DNA of 64,000 nucleotides from Rhodosorus marinus CCMP1338 (lineage: Eukaryota; Plantae; Rhodophyta), in contig JAMWBK010000011.1 in the NCBI GenBank assembly GCA_029953675.1, forward strand, positions 1,378,051-1,442,050, read 5' to 3'. The notes beneath the pieces are model-generated. The model made no database searches. It worked only from the letters and a program-made list of their open reading frames with translations, and was not told where the DNA came from. Shown here one piece after another: positions 48,401 through 57,863 of this stretch; position 1 is the first letter of the stretch; each line of letters opens with the position of its first letter. The translations under genes and the position numbers were made by a program.

Positions 48401-49483
48401 ATTGGTGAGACCACTTCCAAGGGCATGCCAGAAAGACTTTCGAATTCCTGCTCGAGTGGCTCCTTCCAGCATATCCGAGTATCGTGCAGCCTCGGTTTTC
48501 TCTAGTCCGCAAGACGCGACAACCCGTATCATCGAGAACGCTTCATAGGCAACCGCACCTGCCTTTGCATACGCAGTCTGGCCATCTACAATCGCTCCTC
48601 CTGCAGTTTGTGCGAACAGATATGAAGTAGCCACCAAAAGCGGTGCCATCGCTAGAATAACCAGCGTTAGCTGCCAACTGTAAATTAATCCGATCAACAT
48701 CCCCCCGATGAACATTGTCACACTCTGCACTGCGGTCGCAACCTTGTCCCCAATGCCGTCCTCAACCACATGAATGTCAAGCGCCGCACCCTGAGCCACT
48801 TCTGCAGAATCCACCTCTTCATACCAACCCATGTCTTGTGACAGTAGCGACCTTAGAAATAACTTCCTCATCCTCCTAGACTGTCTTTGGCTTGTCCACA
48901 TCATTAAATACACTTGCAAGATACCCGCCACAGCGGCCCCGATCCCCATATATACGAATATTAGTGCATGGTCGTTGATCCTTTCAAGTATGGCCTCTGG
49001 ATTTGTCAAGAACCCCTGTACGTCCCCGAATTCACCCATAATCTCCCCCGCTACTATAGTGTACATCGGAGCCAGGACTCCCTGGCATGCTCCAGCCAAC
49101 ACTCCAATTAGGATTAAGAGTCTCTCAACGCCAGTTGAAAATTTGAACAATTCCAGGAATGATACTGATCGTGCCTTTTTAGTTTTTCTTCTCTTCGTCT
49201 TGAAAAGCCCAAAGCACCGCTGAACATCCTCGTACTCCTCCTTCTCCTCCTCCTCCTCCTGCACCTCATCCTCCTCGAAATTTTCCAAGCTCACTGACAC
49301 GTCTGGGGTTACGCTCACGTGTTCAGTTGTGGACGTCCTCAGACGCATTGATCTCCTAAGTTTGGATATTCTCGTCGACAGAGACATCTCGTCCGAGTCA
49401 CTTGAGACTAGATCAGACTCTCTCGTCCCGCTGGACGAAAATAAATCGATTTTAGCAGCTGACATCTCGCGTCTTTCCATCAC
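45428..49483 (-). CDS. ABCB1-like: Full-length ABCB (P-glycoprotein/MDR-type) transporter, 1351 aa
   Basis: TMD-NBD-TMD-NBD layout; Walker A GESGSGKT and GPSGAGKS; signatures LSGGQKQR and LSGGQRQR; Walker B LLFDEATS and LLLDEATS. Confidence 0.95.
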   Translation of the reverse strand: MMERREMSAAKIDLFSSSGTRESDLVSSDSDEMSLSTRISKLRRSMRLRTSTTEHVSVTPDVSVSLENFEEDEVQEEEEEKEEYEDVQRCFGLFKTKRRKTKKARSVSFLELFKFSTGVERLLILIGVLAGACQGVLAPMYTIVAGEIMGEFGDVQGFLTNPEAILERINDHALIFVYMGIGAAVAGILQVYLMMWTSQRQSRRMRKLFLRSLLSQDMGWYEEVDSAEVAQGAALDIHVVEDGIGDKVATAVQSVTMFIGGMLIGLIYSWQLTLVILAMAPLLVATSYLFAQTAGGAIVDGQTAYAKAGAVAYEAFSMIRVVASCGLEKTEAARYSDMLEGATRAGIRKSFWHALGSGLTNCTLICSYGLAFWYGSLLVRGGTILGQDVFIVIFAVIIGAMALGDGSQAINAINEARGAAPKVFEIISRKSEIDAFNQEGKAGAELLGNIEFIDVKFGYRSRSDALALKGLNLSIEAGSTVALVGESGSGKTTTMNLLERFYDPTDGSVLLDGIELDQFNVAWLRGQIGYVSQTPTLFAMSIKDNIALGGKVGVYTGEDGGLQVRQENVSMEEVIAAAKAANAHDFIMELPCGYDTIVGDRGAQLSGGQKQRIAIARALSRDPKILLFDEATSALDNTSERLVQKAMDNVREGRTVVVIAHRLSTIRNADKIVVFEDGMIRQQGTHEQLVANDTGIYSNLVKLQKSASESDAEQDDVGSAIDRQEYTAEESQGCGDSVCKPTTTATSTMDATTIEMDQDQEENEHVARKGALRRAMSLNKPEWPYFVIGIFCALIGGLLWPAWSLIMAEIGVLVLTTNDEGEVRFYTIMFAVLGFAMLFSHFLGLYVFGVAGERLMKRLRNMAFEVVIRQSVGFFDLRENSAGSLTSRLGPDVAKLRGAVGERQMHYVYMTSILVFSIIIAFSSCWSIALVVLACMPVMTLGPVIQVRLMRGLSAKLAQLLASANSIATSAVDCVQTVTALGAGEKFLNDYDSELELPAQIGKRKALINGLAYGFTQFCSYGIYAVTAWFMSKVIYWGWCDFLQGLRAGSALTFGAIAAGMSMTLLPEAAEAGSAAKRVFGLIDMKSAIDPMDEGGEIMEKCRGEVELNDVVFQYPARPEQTVLKGLSVKVGKGRTLALVGPSGAGKSTVAMLAERFYDPTAGEVKIDGKPLPAWNTASMRDHIGFVTQEPELFSTTVRENIAHGLRKAEGTVVTEDEIVEAAKLANAHEFVMKLPHGYDTQVGAHGAKLSGGQRQRIAIARAVVRKPPILLLDEATSAVDSKSERIVQSALSKAAVGRTTIVIAHRLSTVVNAETIAVVSEGRIVETGNHADLMSIPDGVYASLYKQQEL

Positions 49484-50086
49484 TTAACCTCAAGAGTCAA
49501 TGGCCAAGACTAATCATCATCCTTGCGCAGACCCTTCCTTCGGCACTCGTTCCCGCTTCCTCCCCCAGACCCTTCACACCGACCTCCTCCAAACCACTGC
49601 AGACAATATCCCATTAAGACGCGTCTTCCTTCTTCTCTGTACAGGCCACTGAAGCCAAAAAAGAGAAAAACTTACGGCAATCCTCCCAAATCGTATACAC
49701 AATAATCCTTCAGGGGAGGACTGGGAGTAGAAAGACCTCCAATCCTACCGGCTAGAACGGCAATACAATCTCCAGCAGTAACGAAAGACCCTTAAAATAA
49801 ATAAGAAGTTTCGTGGGATGGTGAGTATGGTGTGCTGTACGGAGGAAAGCGCCATGAGAGAATTACTGACTCCCATTACTACTGTTCTTTGTTGGCCATC
49901 CACAATTTCCTTCACAAGATGCCAGACTCTTATTGGGGGAGGCTTACTGGTAGTCGAAAGTTTGCACAACGTTTTTTAAAATATTTTGAGAAAAATCGGT
50001 TGGCTGCGAGCGCGGACACTGAAATCAAAAGCGAAATGGTTGCGAAATACGTTGGTGGGGACGGCTACGACCTTTCCACTTTGCCC

Positions 50087-50196
50087 TGGCGCATGAATGC
50101 CGCTTTGATGTTGGAGGCGCGAGTACTGCGCCGCGCTTAGTCTTTTTTTCCCCTCGGGGTTTTTTTTTTTCAGCCTCCGATTAAACCATTCGTTCG
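50087..50196 (+). mobile_element. 110-bp D-group 3'-end insertion
   Basis: Near-identical to 45130-45237; no TSD seen. Confidence 0.85.
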
Positions 50197-51569
50197 ACTC
50201 TCACACTGGGGGATGGTTACTCCGACGAGAAAGGCGTTCGCCTTTTCTAAAAAGAACATATTTGAATAAAAACCGGCTGGCCGGGAAGTGGAACGAAAAC
50301 CGCACTCGGAAAAACGTTGAAGAACGTCTTAGTGGACGGGGACGGCTAAACGGCTAACGGAGAGGGGGAAACACATCCAAGGTGTATGGACACCAATTTG
50401 GCAGATTCTTATGGGGGGATGAGTGGTTTACACGTACTAGAAATTTCGGACGACATTTTAAGAATATTTTGAAAAACAAATCGTCGTAAATGCAACGACA
50501 GAACTAGATGCGTTGGCCACAAGGGCCCATTCTACTAATAACAGGAGGCTTTTTGAGAGGGGCAATTTGCCCCCCGGAATGGGGCATGGCAAATTTGATA
50601 TTCCAAACAGATCTTAAACAATTTTTTTCTCTGGCCCAAATAACTGCCCCAATGCATCGCCAAATGGTTACCCCATGATTCTGGGGAAGTTCGATTGTTT
50701 GCAAGGGAAGGTGAAGAACTCTCCATGAATAGTGAAAAGGGTTCTTTGTGTGTGTATACGTACATGAGTGTACGTGCATGTGTGTTTGCAGATGAAAGGA
50801 GAAGAAAAATGTTTTGGCCGTTGAGCGTGTCGCCAGCAGATAGTCGAAGTTATAAAAAACAGGCCGTTCCTTTTTGAGAGCCAAAACGAAAGAAAAGAGC
50901 ATACAAGAAGAGTTGAAGGTCAAGCCTTATTCTTTTTTTCCGTCGGTGTTGTTGTTCCCAGTCTCAGATTAAACAAATTCATTCATTTAATATAAATTGA
51001 TTCCATAGTCCGGGGTTTCGGGTTTTGTTCTTTCTTTTTGGTCTCCTGGTTCAGCTTTCCCGAACCCCCTCCACAAGCCACTCCTGTCTATGCTGTCCGT
51101 AGGTAGATTGGCAGAATCGGGGATGTGGGTAAATCTTCCATGAACCAAATACGATTTTACATGGTTACACGAACCAAATATGACGATGCGGAATTAGTTT
51201 ACTATTATACCCCCTTAAACAACCCCCCTTATCATTCAACGTTTTTATTTCAGTATTGTTTTTTTTCTTTAGTTTAAGAAGAAGAGCTATTGTGCTCACT
51301 CAAGGAGTAGAATGAGGAAAGCAAACGCCTTTCCGCTCCGCCAGAAGTAACAGAACTTGATCACACCAAAGCCACAACCCCCCTCCCCCCCCTCCCCCTT
51401 CTACGCCCCACGTGACCTTCAGGGTGCCATAATGCATTCATTCATTCAGTAAACCACCAACCAAACCAATGTCGACTTGGGTGGAAGAAATGATATATTA
51501 ACTGGGAAGCCGGAGTAGGCCGTCGGAAGATGCTTTGTCAATCTTGTAACGAGGAAAGGGTATTAGTGC

Positions 51570-53561
51570 GTGAAGATGACGTGGAAAAGCGTTTCGGTCG
51601 TTTTGTTGGGGATCGTCTTGCTGTACAGTGAGGTGGTGCAGGGGCAGCAAGTTCCTCCAGGATGTGAGGCCGCTTTACAGTGTGTCTCGCTGGCGTCTAC
51701 AGATTGTATTCTTGCCATGGCGAATGGAAATGATGATGAGGTGGCAGCAGGATGCTGCAATCAGCTAGCAAACTTCTATGCTTGTGTGGGCGATGACTTT
51801 GATAAATGTATTCTGCCGGAATACAGAGTCTTATTGGAGAGCGCCGATGTTACTTGTAGCAACAATGCCCAGATGCAGAGCTGCTTCGAGACCGTCCAGA
51901 TCTGCCTCCCTCTGATGGAAACATCGTGCACGGCCGCTTTGGCTTCGGGAGATTCAGCGCTACTAGCGCCCTGCTGTGGTCAAATCTTATCCACTCAAGC
52001 CTGTTTTGGTGATAATTTTGAACCGTGCCTGTCAAAAGGAATGGTGGAAGTTGCGAATACTGCCGTTACAGTTTGCAAATCACAACCGGCTCCACCAATA
52101 GCGACGCCAACTCCCAGTGACTTTTGCTTGGAGACGCTAGAACACTGCGGAGTTTTTATGACCCCTGAATGCACCCTGTCCCTATTAACCGATGATGAGG
52201 ACGCCATCACAAACTGTTGCAATGCTATCTATTCGACCTATGTCTGTCTTGGCGACAGAGACGCTAAGAAATGCCTAGCTGATGGGATTCTTAACAACAT
52301 GGAAGGTGCTATCGAATTGTGTCATAGCAATCCGACGCCCGTGCCAACGAGCTGTGAAGTCCTCGCCGACTGTGGACAGACAGTGAGGCCCGACTGTATA
52401 ATGGCATTTGCCATGGGTGAGACGAATGACGGTGATTGTTGCCGCGAATTCGGCTTCTTTAGTCGTTGTATCGAGGCGGTCGCCCTGCAATGTCTTCCTC
52501 CAAAGCTGCTTCAGGGAGGACTGGAGGCGGGAATCAAGTGTGACTGCAGTGTTGTGAACGAATGCCTCCAACCTGTCTCAAGCAAGTGCAAGTCTGTTTC
52601 CAACACTCTAGATGAGGCCCAGATTCTCCCCTGCTGCGATGAGATCTCGAATTTTGTTACTTGCCTCGGGGATTCGCGAAGGACCTGCATTCGGAATGAA
52701 CCTGGGCTGGAAAACATGGAAAAGATCTGTGCAAAGACAGAGCCAGATGAGCCAGATGAGCCAGATGAGCCAGATGAGCCAGATGAGCCAGATGAGCCAG
52801 ATGAGCCAGATGAGCCAGATGAGCCAGATGAGCCAGATGAGCCAGATGAGCCAGATGAGCCAGATGAGCCAGATGAGCCAGATGAGCCAGATGAGCCAGA
52901 TGAGCCAGATGAGATGGATGAGCAGGATGAGCAGGATGAGCAGGATATGATGGGAGTGTTTTCTGTGTTCCCCTGCAAGGGTAGAGTTACGTACAAAGTC
53001 TCAATCGCCTGGAGCTGGAGTTCAGCTACTCATCCAAACACATATCCAGAAGAGGGTGGACTGTCGCCCTTCGTGCTATCGAGTCATGGGAAAGACTACA
53101 CCCTGTGGTCGAACCTAGGGTATGCCTCAGGCGGTGTGCAGGCTATTGCAGAGACGGGTAATCCAGATCTCCTCGTCTCTGAACTGAAGGCTGAAAACTA
53201 TCGTAACGTATTCCAAAGGGATGTCGATCCGTCCGGCCCTGCGAGCGGAACGGAAATGAGAGAATATATGATCGAAGTGCACGGTGCTCGCTCGTACATT
53301 TCTGGGATTTCTATGCTAGCTCCAAGTCCGGACTGGTTTAGTGGAATCTCCTCAGTCAATACCTGCGACGAAGATGCGAAAGAATTCATTGAACGAATTG
53401 AGGGCAACCTCGGAGCATACAGCGCTGGGACAGACGCCGGGACAACGTTTACCTCGCCAGATATGCCTCGCAACCCCGGAGAGAGACGTCCGATTGTGTC
53501 CGTGCTTGACGATAATTTTGAAGGAGCTTATGTTGGAGCGTACGTGATCGAAAGGATGTGA
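51570..53561 (+). CDS. Secreted protein with Cys-rich repeats, an (EPD)19 acidic tract and a C-terminal Spondin_N domain, 663 aa
   Basis: Signal peptide; ~6 repeats of the C..L..C...C..CC...Y.C type; Spondin_N motifs GGLSPF..SH, AETG, SMLAPSPDWF and AGTDAG. Confidence 0.85.
   Translation: MKMTWKSVSVVLLGIVLLYSEVVQGQQVPPGCEAALQCVSLASTDCILAMANGNDDEVAAGCCNQLANFYACVGDDFDKCILPEYRVLLESADVTCSNNAQMQSCFETVQICLPLMETSCTAALASGDSALLAPCCGQILSTQACFGDNFEPCLSKGMVEVANTAVTVCKSQPAPPIATPTPSDFCLETLEHCGVFMTPECTLSLLTDDEDAITNCCNAIYSTYVCLGDRDAKKCLADGILNNMEGAIELCHSNPTPVPTSCEVLADCGQTVRPDCIMAFAMGETNDGDCCREFGFFSRCIEAVALQCLPPKLLQGGLEAGIKCDCSVVNECLQPVSSKCKSVSNTLDEAQILPCCDEISNFVTCLGDSRRTCIRNEPGLENMEKICAKTEPDEPDEPDEPDEPDEPDEPDEPDEPDEPDEPDEPDEPDEPDEPDEPDEPDEPDEPDEMDEQDEQDEQDMMGVFSVFPCKGRVTYKVSIAWSWSSATHPNTYPEEGGLSPFVLSSHGKDYTLWSNLGYASGGVQAIAETGNPDLLVSELKAENYRNVFQRDVDPSGPASGTEMREYMIEVHGARSYISGISMLAPSPDWFSGISSVNTCDEDAKEFIERIEGNLGAYSAGTDAGTTFTSPDMPRNPGERRPIVSVLDDNFEGAYVGAYVIERM
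52740..52910 (+). repeat. Perfect coding 9-bp tandem repeat (GAGCCAGAT)19
   Basis: 171 bp, encoding (EPD)19. Confidence 0.95.
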
Positions 53562-53642
53562 GGACGCCATTTCGCCGTTGCTTCTAGGGTTTTCACTTAG
53601 CTTGCTTCGGCTCCAACCGGAAATCCGTTTCATCAACCTTAG

Positions 53643-53671
53643 GTTAGTCTGGGGTTACGTTAGTCTGGGGT
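53643..53671 (+). repeat. Interstitial telomere tract abutting an inverted element 3' end
   Basis: GTTAGTCTGGGGTTACGTTAGTCTGGGGT, ~80 bp after the spondin-gene stop codon. Confidence 0.9.
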
Positions 53672-55626
53672 AACCCCGTAGCCTTTATTGGGCAGCTACC
53701 TAATGTAGCGCATCACACGATCACTACGTACGCACTAACCAAACCTGGACTCCCTGTCCAGGAGTCTCATCTAAATTCTACGTAGGGGAAATATCGGTCT
53801 ATCTGCGCGATCTTTCTCGATCGCGTGCTCAACTAGCGCAGCATTGTGCTGCCACAAAATGCGGTTTAGTTGACCCCTCACCGACGATAGATGGGAGTCA
53901 CGATCATGCAGGTGCGCGCTCGCCGTTCGAAGAAATTCAAGGCTTGCCTGGCCCATTCGACCAAATGTCTCAAAAATGAACGGCACAAGAACAACATCTC
54001 GGTTTTGCCCCCTCAGCACTTCCTTATAATGCAATGCCTTCGCTTGTTCGGCCTGTTTAGCAGCATACCCGCAGTTCCAGCTCGTATGTCTCAACTGATG
54101 TCTTTGAAGTGGCGACGTCACCATCACATCCACCACGTACACGCATCCGCTCGTCGGGTGTCGTGCAACGATGTCTGGGCGAATTCCAGACCCAGCAAAG
54201 AACCCCTCAGGCTCTACTTGTATCTCCGTGAAACTCCAGAGGTGTAACCATCGACTCAGTTCCACCTTTAGCTCGTCGTGCCTCTTGGTTCTTGGTTCGC
54301 ATCCCTGATGAGGTCCTGCAGTGGTGCAGCCGCTGGATCCCACGCACATCGTGTGGTTGCTCGCAGACTGTGCACGTGTGTGACCGCCCTAGTCCTTGTA
54401 GTGGTAGCCCTAGAAGCATCCGCATGCTCCACAACATCTCATTTCGCGTCAACTGCCGCGGCCCTGTACTAGGACAGTCGCGTAGCCAGACCCCGCACCC
54501 CGTTCCAGATGCCGATCGGATCCTCGCCCGGGCTAGGTCGTCCAGTGTTGAATCTCCAGTAAGCTCCTCAAAGGCTTGTCGGTGACACTCTCGAGAGAGC
54601 GTTTTTTGAATCGGACCGTCAAACCTTTGGGTACCTCCTGTGTCTTCCGCTGTGCCTTCCGCCGAGTCCTCCAGCGGTTGCCAATCGGCCAGCCTCTGGA
54701 TCCGTGCACTGGTCGTCGCTGGCAAACGTCGTCTAATTGCGCGACTTGCCTCCACCAGTTGCCAAGCAAGTCCATCAGTTGTCCATCCAAGTCGCACCCG
54801 TGGCAGCGATTCTCCTTGTGCTGCCGCAATACACTCCTGGGAAAGCCGTTCGAGGTAGCGTGATTCAGTGGTGTTCTCTTGCAGGCTTTGTTTCCACCCT
54901 GCATGGAAGGCAACTGGTTGAATTCTCGTGCGCGTGGCAAAGCCAAGTCCTCCCCATCGACATGGGAGTCGAATCTGTTTCTTAACCGCTGCAGCCTCAC
55001 GTGCGGTGATATCCTGGTGTTGACATAGGCCTCCACACAAGCCTTCAAGCTCCGACAGGGCGATCGCGTCCGCCTCGCGGGCAACGGTACGTCCAAGGGG
55101 GTACGCCAGCCCACGTGTATGATAATCGAGCCTTGTGCCTGCGCAGTACCGAAAGAGGGCCAGCTTGACTTGGAGTTCAGCATCGGGGAGTCGCTGAATC
55201 GATTTGACCAGGTTCGCATGTCGCGTTTGAATAGCTCGACATTCTTCTTCCGCAAACACCCGAGTTCCAATTGGTATGGAGTACAACGTAGTCCCGGCGC
55301 GAGTCACTAGAATCTCAGGGATATCCAGGTTAATCACCCTCGGCGTGTCCAGTCGTGGTGCGTATAGAATGCACTTCGATCGCTGTAGTTTGGCTCCAAT
55401 CCCTGGCAGAGCTTCCTGGCTCCACGTCAATGCGCCTTTCAGGATCTCGAGGTCCCCTACTAGGGAGATGTCGTCGTGTACCGCGGCGAGGGTAAGTGTT
55501 GGAAACCTTCGCCGCAGACCACGCAGGAATGGGGCTAGAGCAAGGGCATGTAGCACTGGCCCTAAAGGGTCTCCTTGTTGGACTCCAGTGCGTGCTTCCA
55601 GGGAGAACCGATCCATAATACGGGGG
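53670..55626 (-). mobile_element. 5'-truncated T5 element, one frameshift
   Basis: ORFs 54207..55616 (GVQQGDP, AVHDD) and 53771..54349 (IRPDIVARH..VVDV); 3' end AATAAAGGCTACGGGGTTAC. Confidence 0.9.
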
Positions 55627-55644
55627 ACCCCAGACTAACGTAAC
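55627..55644 (-). repeat. Inverted interstitial telomere tract between T4 and T5
   Basis: ACCCCAGACTAACGTAAC. Confidence 0.9.
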
Positions 55645-56827
55645 TGTAAACTTTACTCGGCAACTGCCTAATGCAGCGCAACACTAATTCTATCAAGATC
55701 TAGGGAAAAGTGTGTGTTTAACCCCGTCTCCCGGGGTCTCTAGCTACGATAAAAAAGAAAAAGAAAAATAAGGGATCAGCGGCTGGTCCGACTGATCCAC
55801 GCGCAAAGCCCCTAACGCGAGCTCTGCGTTCCCTGCCCAGAGTGTTCTGTTTAGTTGAGCCCGCACGTTGCTCAACTCGTACTGCTTAGTTAGCATGTGC
55901 CCACAGCCCTCACGGAGAAAGTCTTGGGTCATCTGCCCTGTTCTGCCGAAGGTTTCTATCGCAATCGGAATCAGTTTCTCATCTGGATGCTCTGTCACCA
56001 TCGCCTCCTTGTAGTGTGCAAGTTTCCAACGCTCCGCCTGTTTTGCTGCATAACCATTGTTGTCTTTGCTGTTGGCTAGGTGTCTCGCCTGTAGGGGTGA
56101 CACCACCGTCACATCGATCGCAAATCGTTGCCAGGTTCGAGGGTGTATAGCTACCAAGTCAGGTCGTAGATTCGAGTTCGTGAAGTAGTCTGTAGGTTCT
56201 TGCTGAACATCTCTGAACTGCCATCTGTTAAGCCAACGCGCCAGCTCAGTGCAGAGCTCATCATGTCGCCGTTGCCAGAGCCCAGTCGAGGTCTGACAAT
56301 ATGGAATGTTTGTACACCGTTCGTACGGTGTGTACTATTACACGTAGTACACCTCTCCGTCGTCCGCAGTCCCGGAATCGGGAGTCCCAGCAATTGTCGG
56401 ATATTCAGGTGCATGCCTCTCCCACTCAATTTTCGGGGTCCGAATTGTGGCAAATCTCTTAGCCAGACACCTGAACCTGCTCCTGCAGCGGAACGGATTA
56501 GGGCACGATGTTCCGGGTCGAGTAAGGGATCCGTGACCAGTCGGGTGAAAGCAGAAAGGTGTGCCTCTCTTGAGAGGGTCTGTTGTAAGGAACCTTGCTT
56601 CACCGCAGACTGGTCAGGGGGGGAATTTGCTGCAGGGGCAGCAGTCAGGTACGTGGGGTTGAGGAGCTGCCTTATTCGGGGGCTGGTTTCCGGTCTCAGT
56701 CTCCCCCTAATGGCTGTAGTTGCCACTAGGATTTGGGAGGGGAGGTCGTCAGTAGAGCGGTGTAGTGTCCTCGGGGGGTTGAGCAGCTGTGGTGTAGCTT
56801 CCTGGGTGCGTTCTAACAATTTTTGTA
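55641..56827 (-). mobile_element. 5'-truncated T4 element
   Basis: ORFs 56151..56918 and 55744..56157; 3' end AGTAAAGTTTACAGTTAC. Confidence 0.9.
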
Positions 56828-56829
56828 TG

Positions 56830-57747
56830 GGGCTCGGAAACGAGACTTGACTACACCCTAAGGACAGTGGCTTACCACTACGGCAGAAGTTTAGCACGAG
56901 AAGCGGACTACAACACACGACTACAGTTGGAAAGGCTTCTAGGCTGTCTACAAACAGTTTGGGGTCACTGATCCCTTATTTTTCTTTTTTATCGTAGCTA
57001 GAGACCCCGGGAGTCGGGGTTAAACACGCACATTTTCCCTAGATCTGGGGTTACGTTAGTCTGGGGTGGATTCAAACCTTTGCAGCTAACAAGGGCTATT
57101 GGCCCCACCTACAAAAATTGTTAGAACGCACCCAGGAAGCTACACCACAGCTGCTCAACCCCCCGAGGACACTACACCGCTCTACTGACGACCTCCCCTC
57201 CCAAATCCTAGTGGCAACTACAGCCATTAGGGGGAGACTGAGACCGGAAACCAGCCCCCGAATAAGGCAGCTCCTCAACCCCACGTACCTGACTGCTGCC
57301 CCTGCAGCAAATTCCCCCCCTGACCAGTCTGCGGTGAAGCAAGGTTCCCTACAACAGACCCTCTCAAGAGAGGCACACCTTACTGCTTTCACCCGACTGG
57401 TCACGGATCCCTTACTCGACCCGGAACATCGTGCCCGAATCCGTTCCGCTGCAGGAGCAGGTTCAGGCGTCTGGCTAAGAGATTTGCCACAATTCGGACC
57501 CCGAAAATTGAGTGGGAGAGGCATGCACCTGAATATCCGACAATTGCTGGGTCTCCCGATTCCGGGACTGCGGACGACGGAGAGGTGTACTACGTGTAAT
57601 AGTACACACCGTACGAACGGTGTACAAACATTCCATCATTGTCAGACTTCGACTGGGCTCTGGCAACGGCGACATGATGAGCTCTGCACTGAGCTGGCGC
57701 GTTGGCTTAACAGATGGCAGTTCAGAGATGTTCAGCAAGAACCTACA
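56830..57747 (+). mobile_element. Plus-strand T4-type fragments separated by a telomere tract at 57044-57067
   Basis: ETRLDYTLRTVAYHYGRSLAREAD at 56836-56910; 3' UTR piece at 56966-57046; 57110-57747 is the reverse complement of 56191-56827. Confidence 0.85.
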
Positions 57748-57811
57748 GGGTTACGTTAGTCTGGGGTTACGTTAGTCTGGGCTGGGGTTTGTCTGGGGTT
57801 ATCTGGGGTTA
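57748..57811 (+). repeat. Two canonical telomere repeats followed by three 10-nt-period variants
   Basis: GGGTTACGTTAGTCTGGGGTTACGTTAGTCTGGG, then CTGGGGTTTGT-CTGGGGTTAT-CTGGGGTTA. Confidence 0.9.
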
Positions 57812-57863
57812 TTGGATAAGGTTCGAAATTAAGTTTGTAGGTTTGGTTCGCCTGGGGTAAAAT

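Noticed and set aside
52511-52996. (SSG)n and (SQM)n ORFs
   Set aside because: Other frames of the stop-free 9-bp repeat; the EPD frame is continuous with the signal peptide and Spondin_N domain.
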